Shown here: positions 25,226-37,680 of the stretch, piece by piece | Layout of the letters: each line of letters starts with the position of its first letter | How positions within the stretch are numbered: position 1 is the first letter of the stretch | From: Chiloscyllium plagiosum | Taxonomy: Eukaryota | Assembly: GCF_004010195.1 (NCBI RefSeq) | Contig: NC_057726.1 | Coordinates: 4,547,702 to 4,611,701, forward strand | DNA length: 64,000 nt | Reading direction: 5' to 3' | Program-made: the position numbers and the translations under genes | The notes under the pieces: model-generated | The model's input: the letters and a program-made list of their open reading frames with translations, nothing else | Database searches by the model: none | What the model was told of the DNA's origin: nothing

Positions 25226-26412
25226 TGAATGATCGGAACGAGGGCCAGATGGATCTCATTGACTGTGAGATTCTTGATTGGGGCTGTTAACCTGGGTCAA
25301 TTAGGGAACCCTGGTTGACAGATAGAAACAGGGGATCCTTGGAGAAGGAGCACGCGGTGACCACCAACACCCTGGAGTTGTTCAGGGAGAGGTGGGTGCC
25401 GCAGGGAGTGGAGTGCATCATTTCTCCCTCCAACTCTATTTTGATTTAGTCCCTACTCTCCCCTTCGCTGTTTTGATCACACAGCACTGCCCTCTGATGC
25501 GAAGGGCAGTGTTTGTCACTGGCCACCCGGGTGTTTTTCTATCTTCCTGGTGGTGGAAATTGAATAAAGATTTGTGTACTTTGTGTCTTTCACTGTGTCT
25601 CACACCTGCACACACACACCATGGGTGCTGGGGATAAAATAAGCACTACCGCACTTAGGTGGTAGTGTGGGGAAAGGAAAAAAATAAATTAACAGGGGGT
25701 CACACCTGCACACACATACCATGGGTGCTGGGGAAAAAAAATAAGCACTACCGCAATTAGGCGGTAGTGTGGGGGTTATATATAAAAAAAAACAGGGACT
25801 TGCCCTTTGATGTGAAGGGCACTGCTTGTCACTGGCCACCCGGGTGTTTTCCTATATTCCTGGTGGTTGAATAAAGATTCGTGCACTTTGTGTCTTTCAC
25901 TGTGTCTCACACGTATACACACACACCATGGGGAAAAAAAAACAGGAGTGTGAGCACTGCCCTTTGATGTGAAGGGCAGTGTTTGTCACTGGCCACCCGG
26001 GTGTTTTCCTATCTTCCTTTTGGTGGAAATTGAATAAAGATTCGTGCACTTTGTGTCTTCCACTGTGTCTCACACCTGCACACACACACCATGGGTGCTG
26101 GGGAAAAAATAAGCACTACCGCACTTAGGTGGTAGTGTGGGGAAAGGAAAAAAATAAATTAACAGGGGGTCACACCTGCACACACATACCATGGGTGCTG
26201 GGGAAAAAAAATAAGCACTACCGCAATTAGGCGGTAGTGTGGGGGTTATATATAAAAAAAAGGGAAAGAAAGGAAAAAAAGAGAAATGGGGATTTGGAGT
26301 CTCCTCAGTCTGGGACCTGGCTCTGAACTGGCTGGTCAGAGCCCATGTACTGTGCACGTGTAAAGAAAGGGTGACTTGGTGATGGGATACTGGCCTCTGG
26401 GCAATTATTTCA
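25226..26412 (+). mobile_element. Solo LTR (Gypsy-type) inserted in a LINE and split by a Tx1-like insertion
   Basis: TG...TTATTTCA termini, CCAAT/TATA-like GATAGAAAC, AAGAAAGGGTGACTTGGTGATGGGATAC 3' block; host LINE resumes at 26413. Confidence 0.6.
25337..26281 (+). mobile_element. 5'-truncated Tx1-like (L1 group) non-LTR element: ORF2 C-terminus plus modular repeated 3' UTR
   Basis: LEKEHAVTTNTLELFRERWVPQGVECIISPSNSILI* (25339-25449); A-B-A'-A-B modules; A-rich tail; imperfect TSD AGAAA(CA/T)GGGGAT. Confidence 0.6.
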
Positions 26413-26570
26413 CCCTCCAAATCATTCACTATCCTGACTTGGAAATACGTCGCTGATCCTTCACTGTTCCTGAATCAAGATCCTTGATTTCCTTCCCTAA
26501 CAGCATTATGGATCCACCTACAGCACACTGATTGCAGCAGTTCAAGAAGGCAGCTCACTCCCACCTTCTC

Positions 26571-27785
26571 TTTTGAAGAAGTAACAAAGAGGATTGATGA
26601 GGGCAGAGTGGTAGATGTGATCTATATGGACGTCAATAAGGCGTTCGACAAGGTTCCCCATGGGAGACTGGTTAGCAAGGCTAGATCTCATGGAATACAG
26701 GGAGAAGTAGCCATTTGGATACTGAACTGGCTCAAAGGTAGAAGGTAGAGGGTGGTATGGAGAGTTGTTTTTTAGACTATAGGGCCTGTTGAACAGTGTG
26801 GAGTACCACCAGGATCGGCGCTGGGTCCACTACTTTTCATCATTTATATACCTTATGTGGGTGTGAGCATAAGAGGTACAGTTAGTAAGTTTGCAGATTA
26901 CACCAAAATTGGAGGTGCAGTGGACAGCGAAGAAGGTTACTACAGGATCTTGATCAGATGGGCCAATGGGCTGAGAAGTGGCAGATGGAGTTTAATTCAG
27001 ATAAATGCGAGGTGCTGCATTTTGGGAAAGCAAATCTTAGCAGGCCTTATACACTTAATGGTAACGTCCTAGGGAGTGTTGCTGAACAAAAAGACCTTGG
27101 AGTGCAGGTTTATAGCTCCTTGAAAGTGGAGCCACAGGTCGATAGGATAGTGAAGAAGGCATTTGGTATGCTTTCCTTTATTTGTCAGAGTATTGAATAC
27201 AGGAGTTGGGAGGTCATGTTGCAGCTGTGCAGGACATTGGTTAGACCATTGTTGGAATATTGCGTGCAATTCTGGTCTCCTTCCTATCGGAAAGATGTTG
27301 TGAAACTTGAAAGGTTTCAGAAAAGATTTACAAGGATGTTGCCAGGCTTGGAGTATTTGAGCTATAGGGAGAGGCTGAACAGGCTGGGGCTGTTTTCCCT
27401 GGAGCCTCGGAGGCTGAGGGGTGACCTTATAGAGGTTTACAAAATTATGAGGGACATGAGTAGGATAAATAGACAAGGTATTTTTCTGGGGTGGGGGAGT
27501 CCAGAACTAGCGGGCATAGGTTTAGGGCGAGAGGGGAAAGATATAAAAGAGACCTAAGGGGCAACTTTTTCACACAGAAGGTGGTACATGTATGGAATGA
27601 ACTACCAGAGGATGTGGTGGAGGCTGGTACAATTGCAACATTTAAAAGGCATTTGGATGGGTATATGAATAGGAAGAGTTTGGAGGGATATGGGCTACGT
27701 GCTGGCAGGTGGGACTAGATTGGGTTGGGATATCTGGTCGGCATGGACAGATTGGTCTGAAGGGTCTGTTTCGTGCTGTACATCT
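26571..27785 (+). mobile_element. CR1/HER1 LINE, RT region to 3' end, frameshifted
   Basis: [60 protein letters not shown] motifs. Confidence 0.93.
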
Positions 27786-28072
27786 TAGATTAGATTACTC
27801 AGTGTGGAAACAAGCCCTTCGGCCCAACAAGTCCACACCGACCCTCCGAAGAGGGATCCATTCCCCTACATTTACCCCTTCACCTAACACTGCGGGCGAT
27901 TTTGCATGGCCAATTTTTTTAGATTAGATTACTTCCCTAACCTGCACATTTTTGGACTGCGGGAAGAAACCCATGCAGACACGGGGAGAACGTGCAAACT
28001 CCAGTTTGCCTGAGGGGGGAATTGAACCCGGGTCTCTGGCACTGTGAGGCAGCAGTGCTAACCGTGCTACCC
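27786..28072 (-). mobile_element. HE1-type SINE inserted in the CR1 tail
   Basis: (TTAGA)n tail, V-domain, tRNA-like head on minus strand. Confidence 0.85.
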
Positions 28073-28685
28073 GTGACTCTATAACTAGGGACAGGCAATA
28101 AATCCAGGCCAGTCATTGACAGCCATGAGAATGGATAGAGAAAAATCTCAAACAGCTCCCTCCCTCACAGTGCCGAGTTTACCTACACCACAGCAGCTCA
28201 ACAAGCTCACTGTCACCTTCTGAGACTATCACTTAGTACCAAGATGAGGAGGAATTTCTACTTTGTCAGTAATGACCCTTTGGCTGAGCTTCCACAGCCT
28301 TCTGGAGTAGAGAACTCCACTGAATATTATCGAGGCAGAGGTTGATAGATTTTTAGATACCAATCCCACTGTGGAATCTGGAAACAGTGTGAGATAATTA
28401 CATTGAGGTTAATGATCAGCCACCATCTGAAATGGTGAAGGAGGCTCAAAGTGTTGGTCCTATATTCCTAAAATTGCAAGCACATTATTCAAAATTCGTT
28501 GACAAGATGTGGGTATCACTGGCTGGACCAGCATTTGTAATCATCCATAACGACCCCTTGGAAGGTGGTGAGGAGCTCCCTTCTTGTACCACTGCCATGA
28601 TGTGGTGTAGGTAGACTCACAGTGCAGTTAGGAAGCCAGGCTTAAACAGCCACATAGACATGGATGTACCCTATTCTGAATGCAG

Positions 28686-28877
28686 ACCAGAGTGTGGTGC
28701 TGGGAAAGCACAGCAGGTCAGGCAGCATCCAAGGATGAGGAGAATGGGTATTTTGAGCAAATGGGCTTATGCCTGAAACATCGATTCCCCTGCTCCTCGG
28801 ATGCTGCCTGACCTGCAGTGCTTTTCCAGCACCGCACTTTCGACTCTGATCTCCAGCATCTGAAGTCCTCACTTTCG
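28686..28877. mobile_element. Fold-back PLE-terminal mini-element (family A)
   Basis: Inverted arms; 16-bp TSD CCTATTCTGAA(T/A)GCAG at 28670-28685 and 28878-28893. Confidence 0.8.
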
Positions 28878-29290
28878 CCTATTCTGAAAGCAGTTTGGTC
28901 AGTGCATGTCCTGAATTTGGATGGAGCCCTGGTCGGTGATGTGAGTGATGTGGAATTGCTGCAAGATTGATCTTCTCTGGATATTTTCCAGAGTTGAACA
29001 GCAGTGAGAAAGTTATTGTAGAAGCAGGTATACCCACAGAAGCAAAAGGCACAATCACTGCTTTGTAAATGTGACTGTGGAGAGGAAGGGGTCAGATGAA
29101 AAAACAGAAAAAGGAGGCAGAAAAATGCGCAGAGGTGGTACAAACAACAAAAGTACTCAACTAATCGAAAGTAAAACTAAGGATAAGTATTACATGTTGG
29201 CCTGTTCGGTGACACCCATATCCAACACGCGCGCACACACATCCTGCACTAACTAGGGAAAAGATTTGCCCTTGGAGCTCCTGGTTAGCT

Positions 29291-29408
29291 GTGTGTGTGT
29301 GTGTGTGTGTGTGTCCGTCTGATGTCCCCTAGATCATTGACCACGCCCCCCCACCCCCGATAAAAACACCCCACCACCAAACGCCGCCCCGTCCCCCCCC
29401 CCCCCCCA
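29291..29408. repeat. (GT)n microsatellite and poly-C/G-rich tracts at the start of CKLF intron 1
   Basis: Direct inspection; CMTM3 intron 1 also begins with a (CA/GT)n run at 8989-9004. Confidence 0.85.
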
Positions 29409-29462
29409 TCATACACACGCCCTCTCCAAAAGATAATTCCCACTTGTTACATCTTCTCTCAC

Positions 29463-29522
29463 CATTTCTGCAATCTTCAGCACACTTCGTTTGGACTTCA
29501 GAAACAAGTAATTCACTTCCAT
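29463..29522 (-). CDS. CKLF: CKLF-like coding exon 1 (MEVNYLFLKSKRSVLKIAEM)
   Basis: ATG at 29522, donor GTGAGA at 29462; FLKS-x-R-x-x-LK-x-AE is the MARVEL N-terminal signature; lies between CMTM3 and TK2. Confidence 0.82.
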
Positions 29523-30249
29523 TTCTGGGTTCACTCGCACAGAGGATGCCCCTCGTTTCCCTCGGTCTGTGCTCAGCTTTCTCTGTTCTGTAGCTTTGGG
29601 ACTGTCAGAACTTCCTGCTTTTTTAAACTTCCTGATCCTGCCCTGAGTGAGGTGACATGCAGCCCCTCTCTGTCTCTGTCTCTGTCTCTGTCTGAGCGGT
29701 GTGTGCAACGCTGCCCTTAACACCTGGTAACAGTGGGATGAAGGTATTCCCTCTTTATCAGCTCCCCTTGTCACAAATTAGATGAAACGTATTGTACCAG
29801 AGTCCCGTAACTAAATGGAATTGAGTAACACATGTATCAATTACTGCAATTCTCCAATTATAACACGCAGTTATGTATAACCTACACACCCCTCTTCCCC
29901 TTCGGACCAGCAATTTCAGGAAAAGTAACAGAAACGAGATGCCTGATCGAAGCCTTTGCATAGCAACTACCTCAACTGGGATCATTAAATCCCAGAGCCC
30001 ATTTTATATTGGAGGGAGGGAGGGAGTGTGTCCTTACCTCTGACCCCCATAGCAGACCATGTATCAATAAAGTTTGACAAAAAAAACTGCAGATGCTGGA
30101 ATTCAAAGTAGATAAGCGGGAGGCTGGATGAACACAGCAAGGCAGGCAGCATCAGGAAAAGGAGAAGTCACATGCAACGTCGACTTCTGTACCTCCTGAT
30201 GGTGCCTGCCTTGCTGTGTTCATCCAGCTTCCTGCTTGTCTCCCTTGCA

Positions 30250-31180
30250 TCAATACTGTTTACCTTCTGAGCTGCTAAATGTACCTAACACGCTAGCTTT
30301 CAGTGACTTATGAACAAGGACACTGGGTCTACCTGGACAGAAACACTTTCCAATCTCTCACCATGTTATGAAATACCCTGTGCTTTTGTTCCTCCTACCA
30401 AAGTGTGAATCTTACACAAATTCACGTTACATTCTACCTGCTATGATCTTGCCCAATCACTCAGTTTGACTCTATCCTCTGGAAGCCCCTTCACATCTCA
30501 CATTCTCACCAAGTTCTGTACATTTGCAAACTTGGAAATATTACACTTGGTCTCCATGTCCAAATCATTGATATAGACTATGAAGATCTGGAGCCCAAGT
30601 ATTGACCTTGAAGTTCCCACTGGTCACAGCATGTCAGCTGAGAAAGATTTATTTATTCACACTCTTTGTTTTCTGCCTGTTAATCAATCCCGACTTCATG
30701 TTAGTTTGTAAACCCTGATCTACTGCACTTTAATATTATTTACTACATATTGTGTGGACATTTATCAAAAGTCTTCTGAAAATCCAAAATACATCACATC
30801 CACTGTTTCCTCCTTATCAACACTGTTAGTAACATCCTCAATCAACATTATCAGGTATGTTAATGTGACTTCCTCCTCATAAATCTTTGCTGATTCTGTC
30901 CAATAAGACAATTATTTTCTAAATATCCAATAATTGTATACTTTATAATAGATCTGGTATTTTCCCTATTAATGGGCTGTTGGGCTAATGAGTCTGTAGT
31001 TCCGTGTTTTCTCTCTCCCTCCTTTCTTAAACACTTGCAACTTCAAGCACCACCCCATGATAATGGATCCACATTTGTCTTTGCAAATCTTTTCCTCTTT
31101 ACATACCCATAGATGCTTTTGCAATGTGGTTTACTGTTTCCAGCTATTCTATATTCATATTCCATTCTCTTTCTTTATCG
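30250..31180 (-). mobile_element. Old degraded CR1 LINE RT fragment
   Basis: Reverse strand resembles VDVMYFxFQKTFDK and SKFANV RT segments. Confidence 0.6.
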
Positions 31181-31181
31181 A

Positions 31182-31251
31182 TTACTTGGCAGTGAACTGT
31201 AAGATGTCATCCAACCTTACTTGGCAGTGAACTGTAAGATGTCATCCAACC
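31182..31251. repeat. Exact 35-bp tandem duplication
   Basis: TTACTTGGCAGTGAACTGTAAGATGTCATCCAACC x2. Confidence 0.95.
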
Positions 31252-31357
31252 ATTGCATTCTCAATGGCAAAGCCTCAACTAGTCAGAGTCCACTTGCTAA
31301 CCTGTCAGTGCTCTCTTCTCATACAGTATAAATCTTTTGAAAAATGACAATAGGGTA

Positions 31358-31710
31358 GTATGGTGGCTCAGTGGTTGGCACTGCTGCCTCACAGCACTGG
31401 GGAGTCAGGTTTGATTCCAGCCTTGGGTGACTGTCTGTGTGGAGTTTGCATGTTCTTCCCATATATGCACATTTTCCCTTTGGGTGCTCTAGTTTCCTCC
31501 TGCAATCCAAGGATGAGCAGGTTAGGTGGATTAGCCAAGGTAAATTGCCCATACTATTCAGGGATGTGTGGATTAGGTGCATTAGTCAGGCAAAATGTAG
31601 AATAAGAGGGTAGGGGACTCTGTCTGGGTGGGTTACTCTTTGGGGGGGTGGGTCGGTGTGGACTTGTGGGCCTAATGGCCTGTTTCCACGCTGTAGGGAT
31701 TCTATGAAAT
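31358..31710 (+). mobile_element. HE1-type V-SINE
   Basis: GGTGGCTCAGTGGTTGGCACTGCTGCCTCACAG head; GGATTCTATGA tail. Confidence 0.85.
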
Positions 31711-31819
31711 GTTGTTCCCCTTTGTGCCATAAATGGCCGGATGAGTGTAAATTGAAAAGCTTCAACAAAATGTGTTTTTTCTTTAATTGATACAAGAGTA
31801 GGCAGATGATGTTTCACTT

Positions 31820-33420
31820 ACATTGTCTCCTTGGTAGACCTCAGCTGGGGTATTGTGCAGATTTCTGAATGCTAAACCATGGAAGTAATGTAAATGCACC
31901 GGAGAGAGTGCAGAAGCAATTTACGAGAGTGGCCAGGAATGAGATACTTGAATTATGAGGATGGATTGAAGAAGTTGAGATTGTTCTCCTTGGAGAGAAG
32001 AAGGCTGAGGGGAGATTTGATAGACGTTTTCAAAACTATGAGCAGACTGGATAGACAGGGAGAAACTGCTTCCCCTTGTAAAAGAATAAAGATTTAGTGA
32101 TGTGTAAATGAAACAAAGATAATGTGAGAAGAAAACTTTTTCACACAGTGAGTAGTTGGTGTCTGGAATGCATTGTTTAGAAACGTGATGAAAACAGGTT
32201 CAGTTGAGTCATTCAAGTGGGGCGTGGGATAGTTATTTGGATAGAAATAAACACAGAATGTAGAAACAGTACAGTACAGGAACAGGCCCTTTAGCCCACG
32301 GTGTTGTACCGAACATGATGCCAAATTAAACTAATCCCTTCTGCCTGTCCCTACCCATATCCCTCCATTCCTTGCATACTTATCTGCTTATTTAAAAGCC
32401 CCTTAAATGTGGCTATTGTATCTGCCTCCATCACCACTGCCGGAAGTGTGTTCCAAACCCCTACCACTCTCTGTGTAAAATACCTGCCTCTCATATCTCC
32501 TTTGAACTTTCCCTCTCTCGCCTTAAATGCATGCCCCCTAGTATTAGACATTTTAACTCTGGGAAAGAAGATTCTGACTGTCAATCCAAAAATATGCAGG
32601 TGAGGTGAACTGGCCAGGCTAAATTGCCCGTAGTGTTCAGGGATGTGTAGGTTAGGTGCATTAGTCAGGGTAAATATAAGGTAGAGGAATGAGTCTGGGT
32701 GGATTGTTCTTTGGTGGACTTGTTGGGCCAAAGGGCCTGTTTCTACACTATAGGGATTCTATAATTCTATAATCCTATCTATGCATCTGATAATTTTATT
32801 GACTTCTATCAAATCTCCCCTCAGCCTCTGCCGCTCCAGACAGAAAACAGCCTGGGGTTTTCTAGTCTCTCCTTATAGCTCATACCCTCTCATCTAGGCA
32901 GCATCCTGATAAACCTCTTCTTTACCCTCTCCAAAGCATCCACATCCTCCCTGCAATGTGGCGTTCAGAATTGAACACAATATTCTAAGTGTGGTCTAAC
33001 CAAGGTCATATAAAGCTGCAACATGACATCCTGACCCTTGTGCTCAATTTGCCAACCAACAAAAGCAAGCATGCTATACACTTTCTTTACCACTCTCTCT
33101 ATCTACTTGTGTGGCCACTTTCAGGGAGATATGGACTTGAACTCAAAATCCCTCTGTACATCAATGCTGTTCAGCGTCCTGCAATTAATGACATATTTTT
33201 CCTTAACATTTGATCTTCTAAAGTTCAGCACCTCACACTTGCCCAGATTAAACTCCACCTGCCATTTCTCTGACCACAACTGCAACTGATCCGTACCCAG
33301 TTGTATCCTTTGACAACCTTCTACACTATCAACAACGCCATTGATCTTTGTGGTGTCAGCTAACGTATTAACCCACCCACCTGCATTTTCATCCAAGTCA
33401 TTCATATATATCACAAAGGA
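31820..33420. mobile_element. CR1 fragments in both orientations with a nested SINE 3' part (32585-32770)
   Basis: LFSLERRRLRGDLI (+) and QLWSEKWQVEFNLGKCEVL (-) motifs. Confidence 0.8.
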
Positions 33421-34441
33421 GCCTCGACTGTTTGGTGGGTACAACATCAGATTTTCACCCTGCACATCCAGAGTTTGAGGACTAGTTCAGAAACAGTGTG
33501 CAGGACTATGAGGAAAAGGTAGGAGTACAACGTTTGGTGATAAATGGCCTCCTTCTGCATGGTCACCCCTGATATGCTACAAGTTGTTGTTCCCTAATAG
33601 AGAAAGAACCATTGTTCATTTCCTTCTTTGTAGTTGCAGTCTTTGTTCTGTCAGGAAGACAGGGAATATTTACAGTAAATATGTACAATTGTCGCTGCCT
33701 ATTGCATTTATTGTGACTGAGACTAGCAGGACCATAAAGCTGGCAAACAGGAATGGGACTGCAAATATTTATCCTGATAACATCCAAGGGGTGACCATTG
33801 TAAGAGTCATCCTCTTCTGGTTAAGATGTTTATTGTTAATTTTGCCAATTAAGTTTTTTTACACAAAATATATACAGAATCGGAACAGGTAAACCAGCTG
33901 AACTCTGTCACCCTGTCTACAGGCTACCTGAGCCTTCCAGTTCATCTCACATCTCAGCATATTCTTTATTTCTTTCTCCCCAGTGGGTTTATCCAACTTC
34001 CACTTAAATATGTCCATAACTAATCACTTCACCCATTCCCTGTGACAGAGCAATCCACATTCACACTGCTCTCTGGGTTCAGCATGTTCTCCTGAATTCC
34101 CTCTAAAGTTTGTAAGTATGCTATTTATAATTCCAAATATTGGATGCCTCAATAATTTTAAATTTATTCATGGGGTGTGTGAGTCGCTTCTATTGCCCGT
34201 CCCTAGTTGGCCCTTGACAAGGTGGTGCTGAGCTGCCTTCTTGAACTATGTGCTATAGGGAGACCCAAAAATGCCCTGAGGGAGGGGATTCCAGGATTTA
34301 TGCCCAGCAACACTGTAAGAATGGTGATATATTTCCAAGTCTAAATGATGAGACACTTGGAGACAATCTTGCAGGGGATGGCATTCCCATGTAGCTGCTG
34401 CCATTGTCCTTCTAGATAGAAGTGGTCATGGATTTGGAAGG

Positions 34442-36370
34442 GTCAAGAGTGTGGTGCTGGAAAAGCACAGCAGGTCAGGCAACTTCCAAGGAGCGGGAAA
34501 ATTGACGCTTCGGGCAAAAACCTTTCAACAGGAATGAGTCTGGGAGCCTCAGGGGTGGAGAGATAAGTGGGAGGGGGTGGGGCTGGGGAGAAGGTAGCTG
34601 ACAGTGTAATAGGTGGATGGAGGTAGGGCTGAAGGTGATAGGTAGGAGAGTAGGGTGGAGTGAATTGGGAATCCCTCTGCTCCTATCTACTCCCAGTAGG
34701 ACCAGTTGTACCACAGAACACACCAGATGGACTCCTTCTTTAGAGACTGTAAATTCCCCTCCCACATGGTTGAAGATGCCCTTCAACGCATTTCACCCAT
34801 GTCCTGCACCTCCGCCCTCAAACCCCACCTCTCCAACCACAACAAGGACAGAACACTCCTGGTCCTCACCTTCCATCCCACCAACCTCTGCATAAATCAT
34901 ATCATTCTCTGAAATTTCCGTCACCTCCAAATGGACCCCAACACCAGGGATATATTTCCCTCCTCACCCCAATCCACAAAGATCATTCCCTCTGCGACTA
35001 TCTGGTCAAGTCCATGCCCCCCAAAAACCCACCGTCCCCTCCTGGCACATTCCCCTGCCAATGCAAGAATTCCAAAACCTGTGCGCACACCCCCCTCCTT
35101 ACCTCCGTCCAAGGTCCCAAAGGAGCTTTCCACATCCATCAAAGTTTCACCTGTACTTCCACATGTTATTTATTGTATCCGATGCTTCCGATGCAGTCTC
35201 CTTTACATTGGGGAAACTGGACGCCTTCTTGCAGAATGCTTCAGAGAACATCCCTGGGACACCCGCACCAATCAACCCCACCACCCCGAGGGTGAACATT
35301 TCAACTTCCCCTCCCACTCTGATGAAGACATGCTGGTCCTGGGCCTCATCCACCACCACTCCCTCACCACCCGACACCTGGAGGAAGAACGCCTCATCTT
35401 CCATTTTGGGACCCTTCAACCCCAGGGCATCAATGTGAACTTCACCAGTTTCCTCATTTCTCCTCCCCAATTTTACCCCAGTTCTAACCTTCTAGCTCAG
35501 CAACATCCTCATGACTTGTCCACCTGTCAATCTACCTTCCCAACTATCCGCTCCAACCCTCCTCTCCGAGCTATCACCTTCACCCCCACCTCCATCCACC
35601 TATTGAACTCTCAGTTATCTTCTTCCCAGCCCCACCCCCTCCCACTTATCTCTCCACCCCCAAGGCTCCCAGCCTTATTCTTAATGAAGGGCTTTTGCCC
35701 GAAACATCGATTGTTCCCTTCCACTCCACCAACCTCCGTACACATCGTATCATCCTCCGCCATTTCCGCCACCTCCAGGGATATATTTCCCTCCCCACCC
35801 TATCCACTTTCCGCAAAGACTGTTCCCTCTGCAACTACCTCGTCAGGTCCACAACCCCCAACATACCACCCTCCCCTGCCACCGCAGGAATTGCAAAACC
35901 TGTGTCCACACCTCCCCCCTCACCTCCATCCAAGGCCCCAAAGGAGTCTTCCACATCCATCAAAGTTTCACCTCCAATTCCACACATCATTTACTGTATC
36001 TGTTGCTCCTGATGTGATCTCCTCTACATAGGGGACACTGGACGCCTACTTGCAGACCGCATCAGAGAACATCTCCAGGACACCCACACAAATCAACCTC
36101 ACCACCCTGTGACTGAATATTTCAACTCCCCCTCCCACTCTGCCGAGGACATGCAGGTCCTGGGCCTCCTCCTTGCCGCTCCCTCACCACCCGACGCCTG
36201 CAGGAAGAACGCATCATCTTCCGCCTCAGGACCTAACCTCATTCCTGATGAAGGGCTTTTGCCTGAAATGTCGATTTTCCTGCTCCTCGGATGGTGCCTG
36301 ACCTGCTGTGCTTTTCCAGCACCACACTCTTGACTCTAATCTCTAGCATCTGCAGTCCTCACTTCCGCCT
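34442..36370 (+). mobile_element. Composite Penelope-like insertion: inverted terminal repeat plus two tandem GIY-YIG/terminal segments
   Basis: VIYCIRCFRCSLLYIGETGRLLAECFREH; second copy from ~35720; 14-bp TSD ATGGATTTGGAAGG at 34428-34441 and 36371-36384. Confidence 0.88.
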
Positions 36371-37409
36371 ATGGATTTGGAAGGCCCTGTCTGAAGATTT
36401 TCATTGAATTTCTGCACTGCATTGTGTAGGTCATGAAGGGAGTAGATGTGGTGCCAAACAAGTGGGCTGCTTTGTCCTGGATGGTGTTGAGCTTCTTGAG
36501 TGTTGTTGGAGCTGCACCCATCCAGGCAAGTGGGGAGTATTCCCTCACACTCCTGACTTGCAGATTGGACATTTTTGGGGAGTCAGGTGAGCTACCTTTT
36601 GCAATATTCCGAGCCTCTGACCTGCTCTTGTGGCTGTTGTGTTTATGTGACAAATCCAGGGAGTTTCTGGTCAATGGTAACAGCCAAGATATTGCTAATG
36701 GGGAATTCAGTGGTCGGATAATACCATTGAATATCATGTGTCAATGGTTAGATTATCTCTTATTGGAGATGGTCATTACATGGCAATTGTGTGGTGTGAA
36801 GGTCACTTGTCAGCACAAGCCTGGATATTGTCCAGATCTTGTTGCATTTGAACATGGACTGCTTTGGTATCTGAGGAGTCACAAATGGTGCTGAACATTG
36901 TACAATCAGCAAACATCCCCACTTCTGATGTTATGATGGAGGGAAGGTCATTGATGAAGCAGCTGAAGGTGGTTGGTCCTAGGACACCTCCTTGAGGAAC
37001 TCCTACAGAGATGACCTGGAGCTGAGATGGCTAACATCCAATAACGACGACCACCATCCTATGTGCCGGTATGACTTCAATCATTAGAGAGCTTTCCCCT
37101 TCATTCCAGTTTTGCTTGGGCCCCTTGATACCACATTTGTTTTTTGACTCATGAAATCTGACAATCATACTTTTTAAAAGTTTGATGTTATCTTTATGGA
37201 TTTTTCTCCAAACATTTTATGTGAGCTTAATGAAAGCATCTTTCCATCATTTGCATTGTAACACTGATTGTACAGCACAATAATTACAGGATGATCACTT
37301 GCTAGAACAGAGGTCAAAACTAGAATACCTACATGGTAGAAGTAGGCTGTTCAGCCCATCAAATCTATCCGTACATTTTCCTGTGGTTAACCCACCTGGC
37401 CTGGACAAT

Positions 37410-37680
37410 CAAGATCCACAAGCCTGACCACCCTGGCCGACCCATTGTCTCAGCATGCTCCTGCCCCACTGAACTCATCTCTACCTACCTCGACACTGTC
37501 CTATCCCCCCTAGTCCAGGAACTCCACACATACGTTCGAGACACCACCCACGCCCTCCACCTCCTCAAAGACTTCCGTTTCCCCGGCCCCCAACACCTCA
37601 TCTTCACCATGGATATCCAATCCCTCTACACCTCCATCCGCCATGACCAGGGCCTCCAACCCCTCCGTTTTTTCCTCTCT
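37410..37680 (+). mobile_element. Penelope-like reverse transcriptase fragment (motifs 1, 2, A)
   Basis: KIHKPDHPGRPIVSACSCPTELISTYLD...YVRDTTHAL...FTMDIQSLYTSI. Confidence 0.88.

Noticed and set aside
25746-25775. Resemblance of GCAATTAGGCGGTAGTGTGGGGG to the U1 snRNA Sm-site region
   Set aside because: No Sm U-tract, no U1 5' end or other stem-loops; better explained as a 9-bp hairpin in a retroelement 3' UTR
26958-27557. 199-aa ORF as a functional reverse transcriptase
   Set aside because: 5'-truncated CR1 with frameshifts and FADD mutated to FADY
34931-36031. Longest ORF (366 aa), and the 277-aa ORF at 11110-11943, as host or domesticated genes
   Set aside because: Chance read-through across frameshifted PLE fragments; only the GIY-YIG stretch is in the native frame
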